Made by a program: the position numbers and the translations under genes
Shown: one piece after another, positions 9,278 through 18,065 of the stretch
How the letters are laid out: each line of letters begins with the position of its first letter
How positions within the stretch are numbered: position 1 is the first letter of the stretch
The notes under the pieces: generated by a model
What the model saw: the letters and a program-made list of their open reading frames with translations, nothing else
What the model was told of the DNA's origin: nothing
Databases searched by the model: none
DNA from: Longimicrobiales bacterium
GTDB taxonomy: Bacteria > Gemmatimonadota > Gemmatimonadetes > Longimicrobiales > Gaopeijiaceae
Assembly: GCA_965197725.1 (NCBI GenBank)
Contig: CBDANQ010000038.1
Span: 1 to 20,427 of the forward strand
Direction of reading: 5' to 3'
DNA: 20,427 nt

Positions 9278-10204
9278 CTAAGCGAACGCGATCTCGGTTC
9301 CCTCGGCGGCGGCGCCCACCTCGAGCTCGAGACCTCTCGAGGCCGCCTCCTCCCGCCGACGATCGACGATCTCCGCGAGCATGGCATCGGTGCGCTCGGG
9401 AGCGTGATGAAAGAAAAGAAGACGCTTGACCCCGGCCTCGGCGGCCAGGTCCAGCGCCTGCTTGAAGGTGGAGTGTCCCCAGCCCCTGCGGGCGCCGGAG
9501 TATTCCTCCTCGGTGAACATTGCGTCGTGCACCAGGAGGTCGGTCCCCCCGCAGAAGCGCACGAGGCGCTCCCGCCAGTCGTGGCCAACGGGATAGCCGC
9601 CGCCCATCAGCTCGTTGTCGGGCACGTAGCAGAAGGAGCGGCCGTTCGCATCCAGTCGGTAGCCGACCACGAACGAGGGATGGCGAACCCGCATCGCCGA
9701 GACCGAGGCGCCGTCCGACGTCCAGACGCCATCGTTCAGGTGCTCGAAGGTCATCTTGGCTGCGATGGCCTCGAAGGGAACCGGGAAGTAGATCGGCCCC
9801 ATCTGACCCGCGAAAAGGCTCTGGACGTCCAGGTTCTCCTGCATCGGCCCGATCACCCGCAGATGGGCGTCGCCCTTGTACATCGGGCCGAAGAACGGGA
9901 AGCCCTGGATGTGATCCCAGTGGAAGTGCGTCAGGAAGATCGCGGCGTCCAGGGAAGAGCCGTTCTCGAGCAGGTGGGTGCCGAGGAGCCGGATTCCCGA
10001 CCCCGCGTCGAAGATCATCCGGCGGTCACCGACACACGCCTCCAGGCAGGGCGTGTTCCCACCGTACCCGGCGGTGGCGGGTCCCGGGCTGGGGATCGAC
10101 CCCCGGGTTCCCCAGAACCGCAGGGTCAGCGCACCGGCTCCCTCGGCGGGTTGGTGGTGCGCCCCGGCCTGGGCCGGCGCCACGGCGTTCCCGGACTCGG
10201 GCAA
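9278..10204 (-). CDS. MBL-fold metallo-hydrolase (PhnP/RNase Z-like, putative phosphodiesterase)
   Basis: FWGTRGSIP, YGGNTPC, FDAGSG, THFHWDH (HxHxDH), GWGHS, FHHAP. TTG start preceded by GAGGAG. Confidence 0.9.
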   Translation of the reverse strand: MPESGNAVAPAQAGAHHQPAEGAGALTLRFWGTRGSIPSPGPATAGYGGNTPCLEACVGDRRMIFDAGSGIRLLGTHLLENGSSLDAAIFLTHFHWDHIQGFPFFGPMYKGDAHLRVIGPMQENLDVQSLFAGQMGPIYFPVPFEAIAAKMTFEHLNDGVWTSDGASVSAMRVRHPSFVVGYRLDANGRSFCYVPDNELMGGGYPVGHDWRERLVRFCGGTDLLVHDAMFTEEEYSGARRGWGHSTFKQALDLAAEAGVKRLLFFHHAPERTDAMLAEIVDRRREEAASRGLELEVGAAAEGTEIAFA

Positions 10205-10246
10205 GAACGGCTCCTCGGGAGGGATGGTCGCAGTCTTCCTAATCTA

Positions 10247-11060
10247 GGGCCTGTTAACACTATCTGAGAGCCTCGACGATGAGCGCAAAGTGGATGAAGG
10301 CCGTGAACATCACGTCGAGCTTGTCAAAGCGGGAGAAGATTCTTCTGAAGCCTTTGAGTCGCCGAAATAACCGCTCTATTTCGTTGCGACGGCGATACAT
10401 GATTCGATCGTACTGCCACGGGCTAACACGGCCCTGTCTGGGTGGCACGACCGGCGTAAACCCCATCTCCAACACCAATTGCCGTGTTTCGGCCCCCTCG
10501 TAGGCCCGGTCCATGATCATCGACACAGTGGAGTGTACCGGCTTCAACATGCGTAGCAGTTCGCGTCCTTCGGGTGCGTCGTGGTTGTGGCCTGGCGATA
10601 GCGAGAAGGTTATCGCGGTTCGAGCATCTGCGGCAACCATATGAATCTTGGTGGTCCAGCCTCCACGCGACTTCCCGATGGCCTGCGGGCCGTTTTTTTT
10701 AGCGCGCCGGTGCCATCAGGGTGCACTTTGACGATCGTACTGTCGAGCGACAGCGCTTCGATCTTGATCCGGATGATCTGCTCGTCCTGCAGGGCCGCAA
10801 AGACACGATCCAGCACACCTGCCCTGGCCCAGCGATTCATTCGGGTGTAGATCGTATGCCAGTTACCGAAGCGCGCAGGCAACCCGCGCCACTTGCAGCC
10901 GTGCTCGGCCACATACAGGATCGCGTTAAGCACTTCGAGATTGGAGAAGCTCACATTGCCGCGCTGACGTGGAAAGCAAGCCTCTATCCGACGATATTGG
11001 GACTCTGTGATTTTCATAGCCCAAATATAATACAAATGGGCCTTTAGTGTTAACAGGCCA
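10247..11060 (-). mobile_element. IS5-family insertion sequence (IS427-group-like), ~814 bp
   Basis: 15-bp perfect inverted repeats GGCCTGTTAACACTA (10248-10262) and TAGTGTTAACAGGCC (11045-11059). TA on both sides (10245-46, 11061-62) reconstructs a CTAG target. Lower GC than the flanks. Confidence 0.93.
10260..11017 (-). CDS. IS5-family transposase, two ORFs joined by a -1 frameshift at an A8 run (~10693-10700)
   Basis: OrfA MKITESQY...GCKWRGLPARFGNWHTIYTRMNRW...LDSTIVKVHPDGTGALKK; OrfB frame NGPQAIGKSRGGWTTKIHMVAAD...MDRAYE...RRRNEIERLFRRLKGFRRIFSRFDK. The stop codon lies inside the IR. Confidence 0.93.
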
Positions 11061-11113
11061 TAGTACATCCCGTTCCAAGCGAGCGCGCCGGCGATGGTGA
11101 ACGCCACTCTCCC

Positions 11114-11389
11114 TCAGCTATCCGGTTTCTTCACCCCGATGGAGCGGTAGACGTCACCGGCCTCCTCGATCTTCCGGTCCTCGTAGGGTGCGGCGAGGCG
11201 GCGGTAGAGCTCCATCTTCGCGCACTCCAGGACGCCGACCACCTCGTTGAGGTGCGTGTACCGGATGCCTCCACGATCGACGAGATAGTCGTCAAGGAGT
11301 CGAGTGATGGCGTAGTTGAGCTCGCCGGGTGTCTCTGGACTCCCACCCGCATCCAGTCGTTCCCTCGCAATTCTGTCGATATACGGCAT
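11114..11389 (-). CDS. Small conserved hypothetical protein, often phage-associated (DUF6899-like)
   Basis: MPYI...PGELNYAIT...[38 protein letters not shown]. Family name from recall only. Confidence 0.7.
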   Translation of the reverse strand: MPYIDRIARERLDAGGSPETPGELNYAITRLLDDYLVDRGGIRYTHLNEVVGVLECAKMELYRRLAAPYEDRKIEEAGDVYRSIGVKKPDS

Positions 11390-11430
11390 CGCGATCCTCC
11401 AGAAGGCTCCGTGACATCCAGCCGGGCCCC

Positions 11431-11620
11431 TCAGCTCCTGCGGCGTCCGACGAACACATCGATCGCTTCGGGTGCCGACTCCGATTCCTCGAACGGGACC
11501 ACGGTTGCCTGGTATCCGGCCTTGGCGAGTGACTGGAGCCAGACCGAGCGCGAGAAGAGCCCCTCGATATGTCGATCGTGCTCCAGCTCGATCGATCTGT
11601 CACGCTCGCGTAGCAACTTC
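11431..11620 (-). pseudogene. C-terminal remnant of a class I SAM-dependent methyltransferase
   Basis: [35 protein letters not shown]...VFVGRR resembles methyltransferase C-termini; no SAM-binding N-terminus upstream. Confidence 0.55.
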
Positions 11621-11707
11621 CGAGAATCGCCGTCGACAGCGGCCGCGCTTGCGGCTGGGGATCCTACACTCGTGCCGCCGGTGCTGACGTCGGGCCTGGC
11701 TGCTCCG

Positions 11708-12772
11708 TCAGTCGAGGGCACCGCGGTTCTCGATACACCCGCCCGGAGGGTTGGCGCCGTTCCGCGCCTCGAGCCCGACTCCTACGGAGGGGTGGCGGTC
11801 GAGTAGCCACTCCTCGAACACGCTCAGGAGCTCGGGGGTGATGACGTGCTGCACGTGTCCCTCGACCAGGCATACGGTAGCGTCATCGGTGGGCGCCGCT
11901 TCCAGGCTGCGCCGTATCGCCGGAAGGTGCTCCTCGTAGGGGACGATCGGGTCTGCCACACCCATCACTATGAGTACAGGGGAACGGATTCTCATCAGTG
12001 CACTATCAGGCCGAAACAGGAATAGAGCGCGCCACCACGTGCTTGCGAAGAAGCGGATCTGATCCTCGGGGTTGGGCGGGAAAGCGGCGTTGCGCGGAAG
12101 CGCGATGTCGAAGCCGGATTGAAGCGCCTGGACGCCGAACGCGCGGAGGCCCGAGGACGGTTCCCTCACCACGATATCGGTCAACTTGACCACATACGCG
12201 TCCAACGCCTCGAGCGCTTGTGCGTTGTAGCCGAGGTTCAGCGCGATCCGGTTTTGCTCGATTCTGAAGGTCTGGTCTCCCGGGAGACCGGTCGTGGACA
12301 CCAGGATCACGAAGGCAGGTATGGGCGGGACGTTCGCGGCCAGGACGCCCGCCATCGTCTCTCCTCCCTGCGCCATCAGCCCGACGAGCGCGTCGTCGAC
12401 CTCCGGCCGGGCGCGCAGGTACTCGATGGCGGTTTGCACGTCGTACGCCAGGTCCTCGAAGCTCGCCTCGAGTAGGTGCTCGATGGTCGCAATTCCCCGG
12501 CGCTCGGACTGGAGAACGGCCCAACCGAGTCCCACCAGGTGATCGACAAGGTCGCTCACCCCGGCCAGGGAAATCAGGACCACGCCCGGGAAGGGACCCT
12601 CACCCGGGGGCATGGCGAGGGTGCCGAACAGGACCCTCCCGTCCAAAGAGTTGCTGTAGCTCACCCGCTGGGCCCGGGTAGCGCTCTCGGCGCCCTGCGC
12701 CCATGCGTCTGCCGGCGAAGACGCGCCGAGCACTGCAGCGACGAGCAGGAGAAGAAATCCACGCATGGCCAT
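11708..12772 (-). CDS. Exported alpha/beta-hydrolase-fold protein with degenerate nucleophile elbow
   Basis: Signal peptide; LFGTLAMPPGEGPFPGVVLIS, DLAYDVQTAIEYLRARPEVD, PVLIVMGVADPIVP. The nucleophile site reads GLMAQGGE. Start at ATG 12772 or 12766. Confidence 0.8.
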   Translation of the reverse strand: MAMRGFLLLLVAAVLGASSPADAWAQGAESATRAQRVSYSNSLDGRVLFGTLAMPPGEGPFPGVVLISLAGVSDLVDHLVGLGWAVLQSERRGIATIEHLLEASFEDLAYDVQTAIEYLRARPEVDDALVGLMAQGGETMAGVLAANVPPIPAFVILVSTTGLPGDQTFRIEQNRIALNLGYNAQALEALDAYVVKLTDIVVREPSSGLRAFGVQALQSGFDIALPRNAAFPPNPEDQIRFFASTWWRALFLFRPDSALMRIRSPVLIVMGVADPIVPYEEHLPAIRRSLEAAPTDDATVCLVEGHVQHVITPELLSVFEEWLLDRHPSVGVGLEARNGANPPGGCIENRGALD

Positions 12773-12962
12773 GGCTGCCTCGTGAGCGAGAGCCTCCAAG
12801 CAACTTACGGGGCGTCGGTGCACGGGTCGATCTGCGGCCGTGGAGGCGGCCTCCTCACCGAGACACCGTGTCACCCGTCGGGGTCTTGCCTCGCCGGGAC
12901 GAAGGCTGCTTCTTGTTGGCCCCCCCTGGGGCGCCGATCAACCCGAATCGTCGGAGACCTTC

Positions 12963-13415
12963 ATGAGTGCGAACTCGCCCATTCCCGAAGGCGCGCCCAC
13001 GCGCGCACAGCCCGAAGCATTCCGAGCCCGAAGCCTCTCGGCCTCGTTGACTGTGAAGGACCTGGAGAAGAGCCTCACCTGGTACCACGAGGTCGTCGGC
13101 TTCTCCGTGGGCGAGCGGTACGAGCGGGACGGGAAGCTGATGGCCGTAGCGCTCCAGGCTGGGGGCGTCCGTGTTCTCCTTAATCAGGACGACGGTGCCA
13201 AGGGCTGGGACCGCGTTAAGGGGGAGGGGTTTTCACTCCTGTTCACGACCGTCCAGGAGGTCGACCAGATCGCGCGGCGCATCAAGGAGCAGGGCGGCAC
13301 GCTCGATTCAGAGCCGGCCGACATGCCCTGGGGGGTGCGGATGTTCCGCCTCAGGGACCTCGACGGGTTCAAGCTCGCGATATCCTCGGAACAGTCGACC
13401 AAGGGCGGCCAGTAG
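12963..13415 (+). CDS. VOC/glyoxalase-bleomycin resistance family protein
   Basis: LTVKDLEKSLTWYHEVVGF and PADMPWGVRMFRLRDLDGFKL; GGAG RBS before ATG 12963. Confidence 0.9.
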   Translation: MSANSPIPEGAPTRAQPEAFRARSLSASLTVKDLEKSLTWYHEVVGFSVGERYERDGKLMAVALQAGGVRVLLNQDDGAKGWDRVKGEGFSLLFTTVQEVDQIARRIKEQGGTLDSEPADMPWGVRMFRLRDLDGFKLAISSEQSTKGGQ

Positions 13416-13472
13416 GGCTGAGGTGGTCAAGTAGAGGCCTGCCTCGATCCGCATCCATCGGTTGCGGGCCGG

Positions 13473-14030
13473 TCACGGCGTGCTTCCAGCTTCCCGGTGG
13501 TTCAGTGACCTCTCCAGGCCCGGATTCTGGCGATACGCCTCGGACTCCCCGGGGGGGATGCTGAGATGCCGCCACGCTTCGCCTCGCATGGACTTCGCCA
13601 GGTAGACGATCTGCCCGACGTGGTAGGAGGCGTGCGCCAGCGAGCGATGAAGCGCGTGCGTGACGGTCAGCGGTACGCCGCGGATCGACACCGTCTTCCC
13701 GAGGTCGCGGTCGCCCAGAACTGCGAGCGTGGCGAACAGCACCTCCCAACCTTCTTTCCAGTCCCGCTCGAGTTCTTCCCGCGAAACCTCCCGCGGCGCG
13801 AATTCGGACTCGCGCTCGCGCCACGGCTTCTCGCCGTCGGATGAAAGGAACTCTGTGAAGCGGGATCGGAGATTGCCCGATACGTGCCGCACCAGCGTGG
13901 TGATCGAGTTGTCGGATTGGGCGGTCGGGGAGCAGAGTTCCACGGAATCAAGCTGTTCCATCGCGCTCTCGGCGAGCGCCTTGTACCGTCGGTACTCACG
14001 CTCTATGGACTCGACGATTTCGCGCGACAT
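13473..14030 (-). CDS. DUF1572 / DinB-like family protein
   Basis: YKALAE.AMEQL, NSITTLVRHVSGNLRSRFTEFLSSDGEKPWR.R..EF, HASYHVGQIVYLAK, W..LSIP.G.S. Confidence 0.9.
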   Translation of the reverse strand: MSREIVESIEREYRRYKALAESAMEQLDSVELCSPTAQSDNSITTLVRHVSGNLRSRFTEFLSSDGEKPWRERESEFAPREVSREELERDWKEGWEVLFATLAVLGDRDLGKTVSIRGVPLTVTHALHRSLAHASYHVGQIVYLAKSMRGEAWRHLSIPPGESEAYRQNPGLERSLNHREAGSTP

Positions 14031-14087
14031 GACGCGCCTCCGAGGGAATCAACAAATCGTCACGTGTCTCTGCTTACGACGAGCCTC

Positions 14088-14486
14088 TCAGCGGCTGATC
14101 CAGTGGACGCAGGGCGGTCGATAGGCGGGGCACGGCTCGTCACCGCAGTCTCGAGAGGGCACGAGCTCGAAGTCTTGACGCGTTGGCTCCGCGCCCACCT
14201 CGATCAAGGCGCTGGTGGAGGCGAAGCCCGACAGCTCGACCCTTAGGACATAGGTCGTCGAGGACCGGATCCGCATGCGATAACGACCACTCTGGTCGGA
14301 CTCGGAACTGAGCTCCGAACCCGACACGAGCACCCTGGCCCCCTCCAATCCGCAGTTGTACAGGTCTGTGACATATCCGTAGGCCGCAGCTTCTCCGGCA
14401 GCGTAGGAATCGAACGGCGTAAATGCTGGCGTCGGACCACAGCCGGAAGCGAAGAGGCAGAGAAGGGCTATGCTCAGTCTGGACAT
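14088..14486 (-). CDS. Putative lipoprotein with carboxypeptidase-regulatory-like (prealbumin-fold) domain
   Basis: Lipobox ASGC; G.VTD...LEGARV...SDQSGRYR...Y.LRVELSGF...DFEL. Confidence 0.7.
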   Translation of the reverse strand: MSRLSIALLCLFASGCGPTPAFTPFDSYAAGEAAAYGYVTDLYNCGLEGARVLVSGSELSSESDQSGRYRMRIRSSTTYVLRVELSGFASTSALIEVGAEPTRQDFELVPSRDCGDEPCPAYRPPCVHWISR

Positions 14487-14634
14487 GGTTGTTCACCTGT
14501 GCCGGCCCCACCGAGGATCGGCGATTACCCTGATGTCGAACTCGGTTCGGCACCCCACGAGAACGGAACGCAACGGTACTCGGTTCAGGTCCGAGGGGCC
14601 ACCCGGGAGAAGTCCAGGAGCTCCTTTCGAAGCG

Positions 14635-14745
14635 TCAATTCGATCGGAAGAACCCCCACGTTTCCAGCCTCGGCGACACCCTTACGTGTTCCAGACTTTC
14701 GAAGCCCAGATGCCGGTAGAGCGGCACGTTCGCCGGATTCTCCGT
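14635..14745 (-). pseudogene. C-terminal remnant of a GNAT acetyltransferase
   Basis: TENPANVPLYRHLGFE...TWGFFR is GNAT motif B; the acetyl-CoA motif A is absent upstream. Confidence 0.6.
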
Positions 14746-14773
14746 GACCCTGTGGCTTATCCCGAGCCCCGGC

Positions 14774-15264
14774 TCATGCCTCCACACGCTCACATCGATC
14801 CAGCTCGGTTCGCGGGCCGGCCTGCGACTCCTGGAGGTACTCACGAACGACGTTCACGATATCTGGGCTGGTGCGGACGCCTGGCAGATGTACGCCGGAT
14901 TACCAGGCGACCAGAGGAAATATCCAACCGGAAGGCCTCGATCGATCGGCAGAGCCCATTCCCGTCCCTGCGTCCGTAAGAGAATGATCGTGTCGTAGAC
15001 CTCATGAACGTCGACCTGTAACTCCCCGATCTCTGTTCGAGCGCCGCGGAGGAAGAACTCGAAGTCGGCCTGTACCTGGGGCAGGCCTGGCTGCTCCAGG
15101 AACGTGGCCCGCGGAACGCTGAAGAACGCCACGACCGCAGGACGGTTGCCCAGAGTGAGCGTCGTGTCCCTTGACGCCGTCGAGCCGTGCCCATTCCACT
15201 CCGCGGTTGCTCCGGCAGTGAGCGTGAGGAGGGTCATCGTCAGAAGGGCAAGAGAGTTGATCAC
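14774..15264 (-). CDS. Hypothetical exported protein (probable indel at ~14881)
   Basis: Signal-like N-terminus. The in-frame stop is at 14854, but one extra G at ~14881 extends it as ICQGVRTSPDIVNVVREYLQE... to TGA at 14774. Confidence 0.5.
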
Positions 15265-15467
15265 TTGGGTAGTCGGGCTCCGGATGTATGGGACGAGGAC
15301 ATCGAACTTAACCCGACCGATCCACCACGAAAAACGACGATGCGAACCCCATCATCACCCACGCGCGTATCGTCGGTGTTGACCGTGAACTCGACGGGTT
15401 GCCCTGGCCTACGGCCGGTGGCATGTTGCCCTGACCTGCACCTGTCCCTCCCGACTTGGACGGAAGC

Positions 15468-15989
15468 ATGATCCATCCCATCCCCCAGGTACGGCTACCC
15501 CTCGCGATCAGTCCGCGCGGCGGGGCGATCGGCACCGTCGTCACGCTGGGTGCGACCGGGCTTCCCCCTCAGTCGACCTTACTCATCACGTTCGCCAACC
15601 TGCAATCCTATCAGCTTCTTCAAGAGGTGGTTACCGACGGCGATGGGAGCTTCGCGACCACACAAGTCGTCCCTCCTTGGGCACAGCTCGACGGGGTTCA
15701 CTACTTCTTCGCCTCCTTCAGCGACGAAAAGCCACTCGCTTTTTCCGGCGGCTTCCACGTGACCGCAGCGAACGGAACGGTGCGGGTCGAGGGCACGATC
15801 GGGAGTGACGCAGCAGGGTGCGTCGAGCTGACGGACCGCGGTGATGTGCTCTACCACGTCGTGGGTGATATCGGGGAGCACCTGCCAGGCGATCGCGTCG
15901 CGTTGGTCGGAATGCTCGCCGACCCTTCCGAATGCGACGGAACAGGGATCGCGGTCGCTATATCGGACTCCATGGCCGTGCCGCGCTGA
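15468..15989 (+). CDS. Hypothetical protein: Ig-like domain plus small OB-like (DUF5818-like) C-terminal domain
   Basis: ISPRGGAIGTVVTLGATGLPP...TDGDGSF; VEGTI...GCVELTD..D.LYHVVG.....PGDRV.LVG. Confidence 0.6.
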   Translation: MIHPIPQVRLPLAISPRGGAIGTVVTLGATGLPPQSTLLITFANLQSYQLLQEVVTDGDGSFATTQVVPPWAQLDGVHYFFASFSDEKPLAFSGGFHVTAANGTVRVEGTIGSDAAGCVELTDRGDVLYHVVGDIGEHLPGDRVALVGMLADPSECDGTGIAVAISDSMAVPR

Positions 15990-16113
15990 TATCCTCGGGA
16001 GCGTGGTAGCGAGTCAGGCCTAGCGAGAAGGGCTATGACTCATCGGGTCCTGAGCAGGAGTCGGGCGATGAGCACGTGGCTGACGATAAGCGTCGACACG
16101 TAGAAGTCCCTGA

Positions 16114-16590
16114 CTAGTTCTGGGTCGGCGTCGCCTCCAGTTCAGCGATGACCTCGAGGGGTAGTCCGTGCTCGCGGGCACCTCGAACGACGTGAGCCAG
16201 GTACACGTGTGTCGGCTTGAGGTGGACATCACATCGTTCTTCCGTGGCTATGTACACGCGCGCCTGTACTCGTGCTAAGCCGTTCGCAGTGCGGACGGTG
16301 AACGACTCGAGCCGTCGGTCGTAACCCACCTCGATCTTATCAAGTGCAGCGAGATCGATCGGATCGATGCTGTACACGACGCCATGAACCACGTCCGTAG
16401 CAACTTTCGATGGCACGATGTTCGCCTTGCCCGATCCATCGGCGCCTTTCTTGTCGAAGCGGCGAACGTGCATGCGCAGTCTCGTTGTTCCGACCGCCTC
16501 GGCAGAGGGCGCCCGCCCCTGAAGACGGCTGGAGTCCATGTTGGAGCCGTAGGCGAAAACGAATGTGCCCTCGAGCGTGCCCTCTCTCAC
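16114..16590 (-). CDS. Gamma-glutamylcyclotransferase (GGCT/AIG2-like)
   Basis: FAYGSNM, F.K...DGSGKANI, VHGVVY, LDKIEVGY, Y...V.RGAREHGLP. Confidence 0.9.
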   Translation of the reverse strand: MREGTLEGTFVFAYGSNMDSSRLQGRAPSAEAVGTTRLRMHVRRFDKKGADGSGKANIVPSKVATDVVHGVVYSIDPIDLAALDKIEVGYDRRLESFTVRTANGLARVQARVYIATEERCDVHLKPTHVYLAHVVRGAREHGLPLEVIAELEATPTQN

Positions 16591-16614
16591 TCGCTCATCC
16601 TCGGCTCATGTCGG

Positions 16615-17073
16615 TCAGCCGCGTTTGCCAAGAGCCACGAGGGTGCGATCCAACGCTGCTGCGAAAGCCTGCTTTTCGCGTGAACCGTAAGGACTAGGGC
16701 CCCCGGTCTCCACGCCCGAGTCACGCAGCGACGTCATGAAATCCCGAATGGACAGGCGTTCTCGAACGTTCGCCGCGCTGTACACCTCCCCCCGGGGATC
16801 CAAGACAACCACCCCATGGTCGACGAGGGCAGCCGCCAGGGGAATGTCGGCGGTCACGGCCACATCCCCGTGTGAAGCGTGCTCGGCTATGTGGCGATCG
16901 GCTTCATCGGGCCCCCCTTTCACCCAGCGCGCGGTGACAAACGAGTTGTTCAGTGGGATCGGCAGCCCCTGATTGGCCACCAACACGACCTGTACTTTCA
17001 AGCGCCTGGCAGCACGGAACACGATCTCCTTCACATCCCTCGGCGCAGCGTCAGCATCGATCCAGATCGTCAT
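16615..17073 (-). CDS. yaiI: YaiI/YqxD (UPF0178) family protein
   Basis: MTIWIDADAAP..VKEI, LVANQ, DEAD..I, VTADIPLA, PRGE, ERLSIRDF..SLR.SG..TGGP. Confidence 0.92.
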   Translation of the reverse strand: MTIWIDADAAPRDVKEIVFRAARRLKVQVVLVANQGLPIPLNNSFVTARWVKGGPDEADRHIAEHASHGDVAVTADIPLAAALVDHGVVVLDPRGEVYSAANVRERLSIRDFMTSLRDSGVETGGPSPYGSREKQAFAAALDRTLVALGKRG

Positions 17074-17215
17074 CGCGCACGGGTCCGGGGCCAGGGCTTG
17101 AAGACCATGAGCCATATGACCATAAGGAAGAGAGCGTTGATCACCGCTGCTGCATAGGAGACCCTCTGCAGCAACGCAGCGATTCGGGGATCCCCTGGCC
17201 CCTTCTCCTTCAAGA
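17070..17215 (-). pseudogene. C-terminal remnant of a DUF2269-like membrane protein
   Basis: ...AAVINALFLMVIWLMVFKP, a typical LMVxKP end; no N-terminal helices upstream. Confidence 0.5.
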
Positions 17216-17257
17216 GCGGGGTTGCAGATGAAGGGCCCGGCTCGCCATCAAGACATG

Positions 17258-17668
17258 TCAGTGGGGTCCCAGGGCCTTTATGAGCCGCGTCGAATTGTCG
17301 CAAGTCGAGACATAGCCATGGCGCTTGTACCACCGCGCCAGCTGTGCATCAGATCTGTTGCCAAGGTCAAGGGAGCGCGGCCAGACTTCCAAACATGCAG
17401 CCCCTGAAATCATCACATGATGCTCGACCGCAGCGAGCACCTTCGTGCCGATACCGCGGTTTCGTCTCGAGGTGGAAAGGAAGAGCTCGTATAAGGTGAC
17501 GCACTCCGATCCGCTATGATGGTCCAGCACTACCAAACCCACTTCGACCTCGCCCGCCATCACACGGAAAAGATCAGTCGTGCCCGTCCGGGGAGCCATC
17601 GCAGCACGCGAGCGCAAGCCGGAGGCCTCGAACTCGTCTGAAGTCTGTGCTGACACAAGTGTTATGAT
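17258..17668 (-). CDS. GNAT acetyltransferase (start uncertain or lost)
   Basis: LYELFLSTSRRNRGIGTKVL (motif A) and LARWYKRHGY (motif B). No ATG at the expected position; GGAGAG precedes ATC at 17668, and there is an in-frame GTG at 17656. Confidence 0.75.
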   Translation of the reverse strand: MITLVSAQTSDEFEASGLRSRAAMAPRTGTTDLFRVMAGEVEVGLVVLDHHSGSECVTLYELFLSTSRRNRGIGTKVLAAVEHHVMISGAACLEVWPRSLDLGNRSDAQLARWYKRHGYVSTCDNSTRLIKALGPH

Positions 17669-17688
17669 GAAGCTCTCCCTGCCGCGTC

Positions 17689-17952
17689 TCAGTTGCCTCT
17701 CCGTCCCATCAGGTCGATCACGGCGCCGACGCCGCGAGCGACGATGGCGACCAGCGCTCCAAAGAGGAAGCCAAACGCACCGAAGATGACCGGCATGCCG
17801 ATGAGCGCCATGAATGCCATCGCCGTGCCCCAGTTCAGGCCGATCGTGAGCACGTCGATTATGAGGCCACCGACCGAGTAAAGCACGCCGCAGACCAAGC
17901 CGAGATATGCCATCCACCTGGCTAGCCTCGTCGCAGTGGGCAGGAGGTTCAT
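17689..17952 (-). CDS. Small hypothetical membrane protein
   Basis: Hydrophobic Gly-rich helices (YLGLVCGVLYSVGG, ALIGMPVIFGAFGFLFG). The ATG lies immediately after an attC-like core. Confidence 0.7.
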   Translation of the reverse strand: MNLLPTATRLARWMAYLGLVCGVLYSVGGLIIDVLTIGLNWGTAMAFMALIGMPVIFGAFGFLFGALVAIVARGVGAVIDLMGRRGN

Positions 17953-17953
17953 G

Positions 17954-18065
17954 CGGAAACCTGTGCGACATCAAGCCGCCGTATGCGCGACACGAAACGT
18001 CAGGGGTCAGGATCCGGGGCGCGCCACCACTTAACCCGTACGGGTCAGCTTCAATTGCTTTAGGC
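17954..18065 (-). repeat. Degenerate attC-like site
   Basis: Minus strand GCCTAA-AGCAATTGAAGCTGACCCGTA...TACGGCGGCTTGATG...GTTTCCG-C-ATG. AAGCTG and CCGTA pair with CGGCTT and TACGG around a bulge; both cores are damaged. Confidence 0.5.

Noticed and set aside
10225..10262. Hybrid promoter from TTAACA in the IS inverted repeat
   Set aside because: No -10 element at 16-18 bp spacing; TAGATT is only 5 bp away.
3500..10267. Long plus-strand ORFs such as 3500-4333, 4753-5733 and 9185-10267
   Set aside because: Antisense shadows of well-supported minus-strand genes in high-GC DNA; no recognisable motifs.
14460..16038. 13-bp direct repeat GAGAAGGGCTATG at ~14460 and ~16026
   Set aside because: One copy lies inside a signal-peptide coding region and there is no element-like content between them; probably chance.
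16018..16113. Possible attC remnant downstream of the GGCT gene
   Set aside because: Only a degenerate GCTAGGC core and no complementary arms.
17643..17667. TCATAAC as an attC inverse core after the membrane-protein gene
   Set aside because: No matching right arm; better explained as the 5' coding end of the GNAT.
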